Source: the human T2T-CHM13v2.0 reference genome, Homo sapiens. From it: a stretch of 64,000 nt of DNA. A program made the position numbers and the translations under genes. The first letter of the stretch is position 1; the number at the start of each line of letters is the position of its first letter. This document shows positions 16,894-28,702 of the stretch, one piece after another. The stretch lies in assembly GCF_009914755.1 (NCBI RefSeq), contig NC_060947.1, one strand, 5' to 3'. The notes below the pieces were generated by a model. It did not search any database. It worked only from the letters and a program-made list of their open reading frames with translations, and was not told where the DNA came from.

Positions 16894-17359
16894 TTCTATA
16901 AATTATGCCTTCTCTTGGAGCGAAGTGCGACCTCTACTCTGAAACAGAGTCATACAGCACCACTCAGTGGCAGTCTCTCGGTAGTGCACCGAGAGTGTCT
17001 GCAGCAGCCACCCGGACCCAATGAATCAGAACCTTGAAAGACAGAGGAGAGGCGGTTATGTTATTTTATTTAATCCCCACGAGGTTTTGATGTGATGCCA
17101 CATTTGAGAATTTCAGGCCAAACTTGTGCTTTCTCTATGATATGAAGACTTTTTAATTTAATCCCCATGAGATTCTGATGTGCTGCCACATTTGAGAATT
17201 TCTGGCCACACTTGTGGTTTCTCTATGACATGAAGGCTTTTTCTGATGCCAATCAGTGTGGCAGGAGGCACCTGGGCAAAGCAGAACCTAGACCCTCTCT
17301 TTGCTCTTTGCATTCTCTTCTCAGGAGTTTCCTTCTTTCTCATCAACTATCACTTCTCA

Positions 17360-18625
17360 GTGCATGATTATGTATTAGGTGCTGTGGTGATATAGCATGG
17401 CACAAGACAAACAAGATGTCTGTTCTCATGGAGCTTACAGGGAGAAAGACAGCAAATCTATACTTACAGATGGTGATAGGTTCTATGAAGGTAGTAGACA
17501 GATATGGCAGTGAGACAGAAAATAACTGAGGTCAGAGAAGGCCTCTTTGAGGAGTTGACATTGAAGCCAAGACTTGAAGGTTGAGAAGAAGCCAGCCATG
17601 GGAAGAGTAGAAGCAAGGTCTTGCACACCAAGGAGCACAGCTTGGCAAGAGGACTGCAGGCTAGATTTCGGCCCACCCTACACCTCAGCTGGATACCTTT
17701 GTGTAGAGAACAATCTGCACGATCTTACATGAGAGTAGGGGGTAAGGGGATTGTTCCAGCAGATGGAATTTCATGTGTAGGCAAGAACATGTATTCTAGA
17801 AATTATGAGAACAGTGCCAGGAAAAGACTAGATCACAAAGGGTCTTATGGGGTAAGATAAGGAGTTTGTATCTTATTTAATTCACAAGAAGCCAGTGAAG
17901 GTTTTTAAACAGGATGACTGAAAGATATGAATTATATTCTTTAAAAAACTCTCTAGTTGTGCAGAGAATCCACTGGAAGGGGAAAAACCAGTTAGGAGGC
18001 TATTGAGTAGTCGAATCAGAAATGCTAAAGGTTTGCATTAGAATGAGAGTATTAATAGTTGAAGAGATGAGAAGTGGACAGATTTGAGAGACGTTTAGGA
18101 GGTAAGCCGACAGATGGAATGGATGTAGAAAAGAATTAAAGAGGGCAACCAGGTTTCCGATGAAAGCATCTTGGTGGGTAGAAGTGCCATTTCCTAAGAG
18201 GAAAGAACAAGCAGAGAGGAGGAGCAAATCCAGAATGACATTTTAGCTACTTCAAGTTGGAGAGATCTGTGAGATACTCAAGTGGAGATGCCAAGTCAAA
18301 TTTGTTATAAACTTGGAAGAGGGGTTTGAGACACAGATATCAATTTGGAAATTATAATCATTGGGTTATCTTCAAGGCCTTGAAACAAAGATTAGATCAC
18401 TGAGGGAAGGGAGTATAGAAAGGCAAAGTCCCAGAACAGAGCCCAGAGAAACTCTAGTTTGGGGGAATGAGGTAAAGAGTGGCCAAAGAGGAGAAAACTC
18501 AGAAAACTGTAATGCCACAGAAATCCTGAAAGGGGCTGTTTAAGGAAGAGTAATGTGGGTAGCTGCTGCTGAAGGATCAAGAAAACTGAGAATAGAAAGA
18601 GACTGATGGCTTTGACCACATGGTG
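17360..18625 (-). mobile_element. L2 LINE fragments
   Basis: L2-typical purine-rich text (gacattgaagccaagacttgaagg, tgccatttcctaagagg). Boundaries approximate. Confidence 0.55.
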
Positions 18626-19105
18626 GTCATTGCAGACCGTAGTCGGAGCAAGGGCACCAAACTGGAAAAATAAGAAGTGGTGGTCAGAGTGTGGAATTCT
18701 TAAGATTTTTTAATCTTGAGATTTTGGGAGTGATGTATATTTTCATTAAGAAAGGTCTAGGATCCTTGGCATGGTCCTGAGAGTAAGTGGATGAGGTAGG
18801 GTAGATGGCAAATTATTGGAAATGTAGAAGCTGAGAAACAGAAACGTTTGTGTGTTCAATGGCAAAATTGTCAAAGATTTAGGGTGGAGGGAAAGTGTAG
18901 TGAAACTGTGGTTGCCAAGCAGTCTTGAGCGTGCTCATGACCACAAATTTTTAGTGAATTTAGTCAACCAACTTTCAATATTTTTATCTGCTTCATTTAG
19001 TGGCAAGGAAAAAGTAATATAGTGCAATTCAACTAGAGTTTGGGGTTTTGCCTAGTAGATATGATAGACAGCTAAGAGGAGAAAGGGAATGGAGTGAGTG
19101 AGTAG

Positions 19106-19602
19106 GTATCAGTTTCCTATTGCTGCTGTAACAAATCACCACAAACTTTGTGGCTTAAAATACAGACTTAAAATATTAGAGTTGCAGAGGTCAGAAGTGT
19201 CATTGAGCTGAAATCAAGGTGTGGGCAGAGCTGTATTCCTTCTGGAGACTCTAGAGGAGAATCTGTTTCTTTGACTTTTCCAGCTTCTACAGCCTGCCCA
19301 CTTTCACTGGCTTATAGTTTCCTTCCTCCATCTTTAAAGCCAGCAACATCAGGCCAAGTCTTTCTCATGCTGCCATCTCTTTGGTTCTCTCTTCTAATTC
19401 CCTCTCCCACTTTTAAGGATGCTTGTGACTGCATTGGGCCTATCTGACTAATCCAGAATAATCTCCCTATCCTAAAGTCAACTGATTAGCAACACTAACT
19501 CCATCTGCAACCTTAATTCCCCTCTGCCAGGTAACCTAACAGACCCACAGGGTTCTGGGGATTAGGACATGGGCATCTTTGGGGAGGCCAGCATTCTGCC
19601 TG
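19106..19602 (-). mobile_element. MLT1-family (MaLR) LTR
   Basis: gtatcagtttcctattgctgctgtaacaaatcaccaca...gggattaggacatgggcatctttgggg. Confidence 0.8.
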
Positions 19603-21994
19603 TGATAATAGCAACACATAATGGATGGAATTTAAACTGGGTAAGTAGGCAAATGAAGAAGATGGTAGGAAGGTAGAGTGAAAAAGTGGCTAGGTCAGCA
19701 GATTGGGGAAATAATCTGATGGGATTGAAACATTGTAGCAGTAGAGAAGAAATTTTCTAAATGGTGCCATTTCTGGTAATGGAAAAGGCTAGTGTAGGAC
19801 CATGGGGGTAAGTATCTGATGTAAGTTTGTAGAAAAGATCAGATGAGGAGGTCACGGAAGTGGAATTCCAGGTCGTGGGATAAGTCATCCCTGTGGATGT
19901 TAAAGTCACGAAGGATGATGAACAAACTTCAGTGTAGGAAAGAAGACTGATGATGCAAGAAAGGCATAAACCCCACAAGCTAGATGAGCCTGTAAGTGAA
20001 AAGGAGCCTGTGGTGGTGCAGACTTGCCCAGAATCAGAAGGATGGAGCCCTGACATGCAACTCCACTCCCAGGGGCTGAGCTCAAAGTTACAGAGTCTGT
20101 GCAATGACCCCCTTGGGATGTGGAAGTCAAAGTCAAATCCCAAGAGAGACCAGCATTCCAGACTGTCCCTCGCCCCTCCCGTGGCTTCCATGAGAAGCAG
20201 GAAGTGCTGGGCTTGAGGACCGTGGGCTCTACCTGGCCTGGAAGGAGATGGCACTCCTGTGCCAGAGTAGGCACAAAGTAGGCACCCGCAGCCTACTCTG
20301 GCTGTGACACAGTAGACTAGGAGGCAAGCAAGGGACCAAGTCACTCCCTGTATGTCAAGGGTGGGGGAAGGGTCTCCCATGAGGGGTGAGATCCCTCATT
20401 GTCCCCAGCCTCACAGCAGAATCACACTAGGTTGCAAGAGCAGAAATCTCACAAGAGGCCAGGGAGACGATCCCAAGAGAGAAAGGAAGAGGGGATAGCA
20501 AGGCCCTTTGCAGACAGTCAAGCCCTAGGCAGATAGAAGAGAAAAACACCATTCATGGTGATAGTGATTCCAAAGCCGTTTGATTCATTTAGCAAACATT
20601 TATCAAACACCGACCTGGTGCAGAGCCCTGTGGCAGGCACCGTGGGTGTTAACAAACTTGAGACAGGCCTGGACATTCACCCTAAAGGGCCTGTGCTTTC
20701 TTGGAGGAGCTAAACCATGTCCACACATACCACTGTCATTCAGGATAGTGTCTGGTGAGGGTGGTGGGGTACAGATATAGAAAAGTAGGCTGCCTGGAGG
20801 CGGTGAGTTTTGAGCCAGGCTGTAAAGGAGATCTTTGGGCTGGTCTTCCAGGGGTGTTCCCTGTCATCCCAACATTAAGTGGAAACCTCTGAGGGTTGTT
20901 GTGGCTTTAGGTCTCTCCCACTGGCCCACCTTGACCTTGATGGTGGGTCTGCAAATGGAAAGGACTTGGCCACTTCTGTTGACTGACAGAGGGAGGTGGG
21001 GTGGGGAAAGAGAGCACCTTTCCCTAAGAAAATCTGAAATCCTGGGTTGTTCCAACTACCTGGCTTGGCAAAGATCAGATGTCATGGGTGGGATAGCTGG
21101 AGATAAAGGAAAGGTAGCAACTACACACCAGAGATAAGGGAATGTGACATCCTGGATGGGTCTACATCTGCAGACAACAGGCTCAGGCAGATAACCAAGG
21201 CTATGGAGATTGTTCCACGGACTTCTGGCTCACATACTTGCCATGAAGAGAGCCCCAATGCGGGAGCTAGGAGGACACTCTCCCTCAGTTTCACTTCAGG
21301 TAGTTTCACTTCACTTATTGAAAGCACATCTGCTCAGCTTTTTCCTTTCTCTTCTGTTTGCTGGTGCTAACTAGTTTCCCCTCCCAGGGACTTGAAAACA
21401 ACTGGTAAGATAGCTTACTGCCACTGCAACAGAACCATCTCCTCCAGGATCTGCCTCACTCCTTGACAACAACTTGCTCCATAACAAGCCCAGTGCCCAG
21501 TTCTATCTCCCTGCAGAAAGAAGCAGCTACTGCTGTGTACTTTTTGCCCTAGAGACTACAAGATTGACAGCAGTCATCACATTGTGTTTCACACTCACTG
21601 ATAAGTGGACAAGGCAACTAAAGAGGAAATGATTTAGTATAAACTGGAGTCTCTGCAAATATAGGAACGTTGACACTCTATGCAGCTGGGAAAGCTCAGC
21701 TTCCAGAGGTCTTAGCTAACCTCCACCCCAAAGAGGGGCACAGGAACGATGGGGGAAGAGGCACTAGGATGTAAACCATGAGCAGTCTGTCATCTTTGGA
21801 TTTCATCAGTCAAACAAGCAAGAGGTACAAATGACAGTTGTAAGGAGGCATGGCATTGGTACATGTAACGCACTCAATAAATTTGGTAAATGAATAAATA
21901 AATGGTTTAATGAATAAGGTTGATCATTTTAGGTAGGAGGTGAAGAAGATCAGAGGGCACTGACCAGGCAAATACAGAAAATAATGGTGGTACA

Positions 21995-22350
<356 letters not shown>

Positions 22351-22639
22351 TTACATAATAGTCTTGATATTGCTTCTGGACCTTGCAGAACCTAAAATGT
22401 TTCGTCTCTGCCCTTTACAGAAGAAGTTTCCCCAATCCAGGGTGCCTCCACATTGGATCACTATAGTGCTGCTAATAATCGTAAAATTAAAAGGACAGGA
22501 CTTGTGTGGACCTAAAGGCTAGCCCTGGACACTAAGGCCTCAAAGAAAAGATAGAGTTCTGGATTCTGAGTTGTCCTAGAGCTTAAGGGCCTTGATATTC
22601 ATTGGATGCAGAGCATGTCAATCTGATGTTTTCAGCAAA

Positions 22640-23960
22640 TGAGCTTAGAGCTCACTGAGAGCCCCTCCTTGACCCTTCCTGTCCCGCCCCCTGTCACTTA
22701 CCAACCCGAATCTTTCCCGCCTTGTCTAAGTCCTCTCAGGCCAACCTCAGCGGGAGGCTCCTGGGATCGGCTCCCTGCCCTTCCCACCTTAGGGTGTCCT
22801 CAGAGACAGACTTTTATTCCCTCAGTAAGGAGACAGACTCTTATTCTCTCAGCAGCCCAGCCCCTCACCTCCCCTCAGCCACAGCCACATCAGTGGCCAC
22901 CGTCTTCACCGTTGTCACCTCAGCCTAGTCGCCACTCCAGTTGAGGCACTGACTGGCGTCATGTCTGCCACAGGGGATCAAGACCTGATCCAAGAGGACC
23001 AGGAGGCTCCAGTGAACCAGGAGGGAGCGCAGGCCGAGGCCGTAGGTGACCGGGAGGGCGGTGACTCTGGCCCCGACAGTGGCAACACTGTGGCCGGAGT
23101 CGCAGGGCCCATGAGAGGCCTCGGGGAGGAGGAGGGTGAGCAGGCGGCAGGCTTGGCCGCAGCCCCCGGGGGTGGGAACGCCGAGGAAGACTCAGAGATC
23201 AGGATAGTAGTGGAGATGGTGGAGGAGGAGGAGGATGAGGAGGAGGAAGAGGAGGAGGAGGAGGAAGAGAGGAACGAGGCGGACAACTTCGACTTGGTCG
23301 CGGCCGCCCGTCGCTACCCCATAAGAGGCTTTCGCATGGAGTTTCTGGACATGGTCCACTCCCTTCTCCTCCGCATCTATCACAACGACCACATCCTGAT
23401 CAGGATGCGTGGCGGCCGCCTGATGCGGAGGCGCCGCACTGCGGCGCCCAGTGGCTCAGAAGAGCCCCGGCTGTTGCTGGTGCATGAGAGGCTGGGCGTG
23501 GGGGCCGCGGGTCCTGAGGGCGAGGGCCTGGGCCTGCTCCAGGAGGCCGCGTTGGTCCCAGAGCCTGAGGTGCCAGCAGACCTGGCCGAGATGGCCAGGG
23601 AGCCTGCAGAAGAGCCCGCAGAGGAGGCCTCAGAGAAGCCCACAGAGGAGGCCGCAGAAGAGCCCGCAGAGGAGGCCTCAGAGAAGCCCACAGAGGAGGC
23701 CGCAGAGGAGGAGCTCGCAGAGGAGGCCGCAGAGGAACCGGCCAAAGAGGAACCGGCTGCAGAGGAGGAGTCCGCAGAGGAACCGGCCACAGAGGAGGCT
23801 GCTGCCCCTGAGGGTGAGGAACAGGCTATCTGCAGTGGCGGGGAGACAGGGACCCGTGCACCCAAGGGTTCCAGGCAGGGCCGCGGTGTGCGCACAGCTG
23901 GTGAAGCAGGTGGTGAAGTGGGGGTCGGGCCTCGGGTGGTGAAGTGGGGGTCAGGGCCCT
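22640..23960 (+). promoter_or_regulatory. Promoter and CpG island of the CT47 gene
   Basis: This is the only strongly GC/CpG-rich non-Alu stretch in the window. It has a GC box CCCGCCCC at 22683-22690 and an E2F-type TTTCCCGC at 22713-22720. Confidence 0.65.
22961..23813 (+). CDS. CT47C1: CT47-family cancer/testis antigen, coding exon 1
   Basis: ATG at 22961 gives [27 protein letters not shown]..., with CT47-typical segments ([33 protein letters not shown]) and an acidic EPAEEA repeat region. Donor GAG G|GTGAGG at 23813/23814 (phase 1). The family call is firm; the member name is inferred from adjacency to KIAA1210. Confidence 0.85.
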
Positions 23961-24694
23961 CCTGAAACTTAAGGCCAAATGTGTACCAATGAGTCGAAGC
24001 CCAATTCTCTAACGACATCTATGATTTTTGAGAAAACATGCCGCCCTCTACCAACCTGTGTTTGATAGAAGATCTGAGATCATCAATGCCATTTGGGGGG
24101 CCCACAGATGAATGGCCAGGTAGATAGGGGTTCAGGAGGGAGCTCGGCAGGAAACAAGGGACAACGGAAAGAAAAGAACAGGCAAATGGCAGGCATCCTT
24201 TTTTGTTCATGGCTTTTCAAAGTGTAAAGATTCTTAGAAAGTTGATCCCCAAATGATGAAGTGATACAGGGGCCCTTGGTAAAAATGAAACATTCAGGGG
24301 GGTGAGGAACCAATGAGCTTCACCATAGAATTTGTCTTTTGAGGCAACAAATATTTTCCCAGCAAAGTTCTGATCAAAACACTTAGAATGAGATCAGACA
24401 CCATGATTCTGATCTCTTCTCCAAAGAACTAGAAATAATCAGCAGCTTTGGGTGGGAGATTTACTGGAAAAAAGGGAAATAGTGTCACTGTGGAAATGAT
24501 CAAGCAGCAGCAACGTGAGGGCCATGGCACTGTTGTGAAAACCAGTAGGAAGGTGCCCAGCTATTCCTTTCTTAGTTAAGTCTATCCTCCTGCTTCTCCT
24601 GAGGGTGGAGTACTGGGTGCCGCTGCTGGTTATAAATTGGGCTATATTTTCTGTGAATGTCTGGTCCCAACATCTGTATTATTCTTCGCTAAAG

Positions 24695-24816
24695 AAGTCA
24701 CTAAATATCAGCATGAAAAGTGGGATGAAGAGGCCCAAGATGCTGCAGGCAAGGAAGAGAAAGAAGAGAAAGAGAAGGATGCTGAAAACAAGGTGAAGAA
24801 CTCCAAAGGGACCTAG
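24695..24816 (+). CDS. CT47C1: CT47-family gene, coding exon 2
   Basis: Acceptor ttcttcgctaaag|AAGTC joins in phase 1 to give [40 protein letters not shown], the CT47 C-terminus. TAG is at 24814-24816, and the exon continues to donor CAG|GTATCG at 24847. The spliced CDS is 975 nt (324 aa). Confidence 0.85.
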
Positions 24817-25967
24817 ACGCAGCAGAGGGGAAGCTGAGAAAATCCAGGTATCGGTGTATAGCTTTGAGAATCACTCAACTATTCCTGGCATTTACCTGTT
24901 GCTGACAGTTTTATTTTAAAATAAAATTCCCAGTAAATTAATTAAGAAAAGGTTTTAGTTTAAAAATTCAATTTAGCTTACTTAAAATGTTACTAGAATA
25001 TTCATGTACGTAGTAATATGAACTGCAGTGTGTTCTGAAATACACTTCATGGCTACTCATTTGTTCATGTTGAGGTCTTTTGTCCTCTAGCTGCAGGACT
25101 ACTAACAAGTGGCAAATGTATCAGACCTACTACCTAAGATCAATATTTGTGTAGAAAACAGTTGCCAGACGCAGCATCTAACTTGCTTGGGCCACACATT
25201 GGTTGGGACTTCATTACTTAGCCACAGAAATGCAGGCTCCCATAGTAACTAGGAGACAACTCAATGCCTTTTACAAAGTGACTACTAACAAATAGCAAAA
25301 AGCTAAGAATTTCAAGTAGGACCACATTTAATGACTAATACCTAAATATTTGTTTAGCTATATATCTTTGTATTTTATGTGACAAATGAAAAGAATGTGT
25401 GTAATTAAGTCTTAAGGCATATCTGTCTTTGAGTATATTTAAATGGTTAACATTTTTTCTTTTTTCTTTTTTTTTTTTTTTGCATTTTCACAGCTGTATT
25501 ATTTCATAACAGCTTCTTTCCCATATGGTAGATATGGAAACCAAGGGTCTGGGAGAGTAAGGGAGTATCATTTGTGGAACTAGCACAGGCTGTTAAAGCT
25601 TGAGAGATTTATTTAAATCCCAGAATTGCCTCTCATGTAAAAACAACAACAAGAAGCTTTTCTGGTGCTAGGGAGACAAGGTTGGTGTGATCATTTGGCT
25701 GTAACCATCAGTTTCACAAGCACCCTGATATCCAAGCTTGCGAGTTACAAAAGGAAAAGGTGTTCTTCTCTACTTGTTTAAGATATAGCACACAAATGTT
25801 GCAGATATACACAGAGCTGGCCATTTTCTTCTATTTAGAAAGTCACTGGTGCTGGCTAACGTACCATTGTTTATTTTTTTCTCATTTCATTCTGTAGTTG
25901 GGAAGAATAGAAAGAAGATGAAGAAAGAAGACTCTGTTGTTCATTGTTTTTATTTTATTTTATTCAG

Positions 25968-26140
25968 ATGCCTGTGAGAATTTTAACACATATCATTCCA
26001 AAGTTCATTACCTTAAAAGTGATATCTAGTGACATCTAACTTTTATCTTTCACAAATGTATTTGACAGTGTTTGTTCAAGTTAGAAATAAAAGTTTGTTT
26101 TAAATGAATAAATTGAAACATGGGGAGATTTTTCAATAAA
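25968..26140 (+). other. CT47C1: Probable non-coding terminal exon (3'UTR) of the CT47 gene with polyadenylation signals
   Basis: Acceptor ttttattttattttattcag| at 25967, with an alternative acceptor ttcattctgtag about 70 nt upstream. AATAAA at 26086, 26107 and 26135. Confidence 0.55.
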
Positions 26141-26319
26141 TAATTCTGACTCAAATCTCTCTTTTACCTCTTTGTTTTGGCCCACCATACCTTCATTGAA
26201 AGGTATTACTTTCCACCATTTAGTAAGACTGTTTTAAATTCTTTTACTGCAGCCAAAAGTCAATTAAAATGTCAAGTTTAAAACCATTTTTGCAAAGAGA
26301 GAGATGGGGCTCAAGTCTT

Positions 26320-26600
26320 TAGAGCTGTACTGTCTACTACCTTAGTCACTAGTAACGTTGTGGCTGCTGAGCACTTGTAATATGGCTAGTCTGTTTGATA
26401 TGTGCTGTAAGTGTGAAAATAATATTGCATATCTTACTAATGATTTTCATACTGATTACATGTTGAGATGATAATACTTGAATTAAAATGAAATATTAAA
26501 GTTTTTGTTGGTTTCTTTTTATTTTCAAATGTGGCTACTAGAACATTTAGAATTACCCATGTAGATCACATTACATGTCTATTGGACAATACTGCTCTAG
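26320..26600. mobile_element. MER33/MER3-like hAT-Charlie DNA transposon fossil
   Basis: Imperfect terminal inverted repeats (agagctgtactgtcta...ttggacaatactgctct) and a gtggctactagaac core. Confidence 0.65.
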
Positions 26601-26690
26601 AGCATGGTTTTGAAGAAAACTTCATGGATGGCCCAGGTTGCCTGGAAGCCACATGGTATTGCTGAGCTTGGGCCCAGACTTTGATTTGGA

Positions 26691-26861
26691 GCAGTGGTTC
26701 TCAAAGTTTGGTCCCCAAACAGCATCATCAGCATTACCTGGGAATTCTCAGACTCCACCCAAGACCTACGGAATCCGAAAATCTGGGGTGGGGTCAGCAA
26801 TCTGTGTTTTAACAGGCCCCCCAGGGGCTTCTGATGAACACTAAGGTTTGAGAACCAGTGG
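26691..26861. mobile_element. MER5A DNA transposon fossil
   Basis: Terminal inverted repeats cagtggttctcaaa...tttgagaaccagtg. Confidence 0.8.
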
Positions 26862-27981
26862 TTTCAAGCAACAGAGGAAGAAGCCGAGCACCTCCTGTCG
26901 AGCCAGGGTTAATTCACTGGCTCGGGGCTGTTTCAGGTAAACTGAAAGGGACAGCAAGGGATGGGCTGGGGAGGAGACTAGAATTCACAGGGGCTGAGGC
27001 CTAGAGAGGAAAAATGCATAAAGGAAAAAGTCGGGTCCAAAAGGATACAAACATGATACCATGCATATGACTTCTAAGAAAACATACAAATGATCACCAT
27101 AAATTGATTATGGGTACATATAGAGAGACTAAAAGATGTGCTTGTAAGAGATGCATACAAGTGTAGCATACAGAAAGGTGTGCATTCGAAAGAAGCACAT
27201 TTGAGATGGTGGTTACCTCTCAGGGAAAGAAAGGGAGGGGCATTCTAGCAGAGAAGGCTCCACAGCAGGCATCAACTATATTTGTAATGTTACATTTCTT
27301 AAGCTGAATAGTAGATATATTGATGTTTATAGTAACATTTTCTACAATTTTGTGTAGGTCTGAAATATTTCTAAAGCAGGAGGAGGAAGGGGAGCAGTTC
27401 TTCCCACACCACTGGGGCAGGACTTACAGGAGTCTGAGAATTCTAGAACCCAACCTGGCCTTTGAGGTCATTATGAAGGTACATTTGTCATGGAAGGAGA
27501 TAAACCATTAAATAAAACATGCTGTATTCGTTTATTTAAACATTTCAAATATTTAGACATATGGTATGTGGATCCCAAGTTGAACTCTTGTTCTAAACCC
27601 TGAAAATGTTACAGGTGAGCCAGGCTCATTATCTGGCCTATAACCCCTTTCCCTTCCTCCCTCCATGCCACTTTGTTACCTGAGCACAGTAGGGCCCCTT
27701 GCTTCTGAAAAGCGCTTGTTGCAGTAGCCCATCTTGCTATCGGACTTGGACTTTGTCCCTGACCCAGGCTACAGTGCAACCACCAATCACCTTGTCTCTT
27801 CTGCTCGTCCCCCAACCACACCCCCTCTTTATTCTCCAGGTGTCCAAACGTAAAACCTCTTCAGTGGCCCTTCTCCCCCATACCAAATATCAATGCTCAC
27901 CTGAAAGCCATCAGCTTGGTCAGGCACACCTGCGTGGACGCCCCTTATTCTCAGCACCACCTTTTAAGAACATTTTACTTT

Positions 27982-28322
<341 letters not shown>

Positions 28323-28498
28323 CTATTTGATTTCCCGCCCCATGTCACAGACAGAGATGGACTACAGAATAGGCTTTATTGAATTTATTTGCTTTGCATA
28401 TATCTTAAATCAAAAAAGTTAAAGAAGTAGAAAAGTTGTCAGAATATGCCTTTAGGCATTTAAAAAGAACTTAATCTCTTCATTTAAAAACAGAACTT

Positions 28499-28702
28499 TG
28501 TTGTTAACTGTGGAAAAGAAATTGTTATTGGAGAGTTCTCAGAGTGAGAATAGCTGAATACAGGTTCACTGTGAAAAAAAGGAAGGGAGGTGTAACAGCT
28601 GTGTTGTTAACTGTGGAAAAGAAATTGTTATTGGAGAGTTCTCAGAGTGACAATAACTGAATACAGGTTCACTGTAAAAAAGGGAAGGGAGGTGTAACAG
28701 CT
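28499..28702. repeat. ~102-bp tandem duplication in the KIAA1210 3'UTR
   Basis: tgttgttaactgtggaaaag...ggtgtaacagct occurs at 28499 and 28602 with few mismatches. Confidence 0.92.

Noticed and set aside
16975-16995. 8-bp hairpin ctctcggt-agtgc-accgagag resembling an iron-responsive element
   Set aside because: The loop is not CAGUGN, there is no bulged C, and it is intergenic.
19757-20380. 207-aa minus-strand ORF
   Set aside because: No recognisable domain or splice context. It overlaps purine-rich, L2-like decayed sequence and is probably a chance ORF.
22639-22944. 101-aa Pro/Ser-rich ORF upstream of the CT47 ATG
   Set aside because: It lies across the C-rich promoter, probably starts upstream of the transcription start, and has no recognisable homology.
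22978-24018. Antisense and alternative-frame ORFs (102, 212 and 163 aa) over CT47 exon 1
   Set aside because: These are shadow frames of a GC-rich, GAG-repetitive CDS and give low-complexity Ser/Ala or Arg/Pro/Gln products.
28499-28702. Direct repeats here and elsewhere as a CRISPR-like array
   Set aside because: This is eukaryotic DNA with two adjacent copies, no spacers and no cas genes; these are ordinary tandem duplications.
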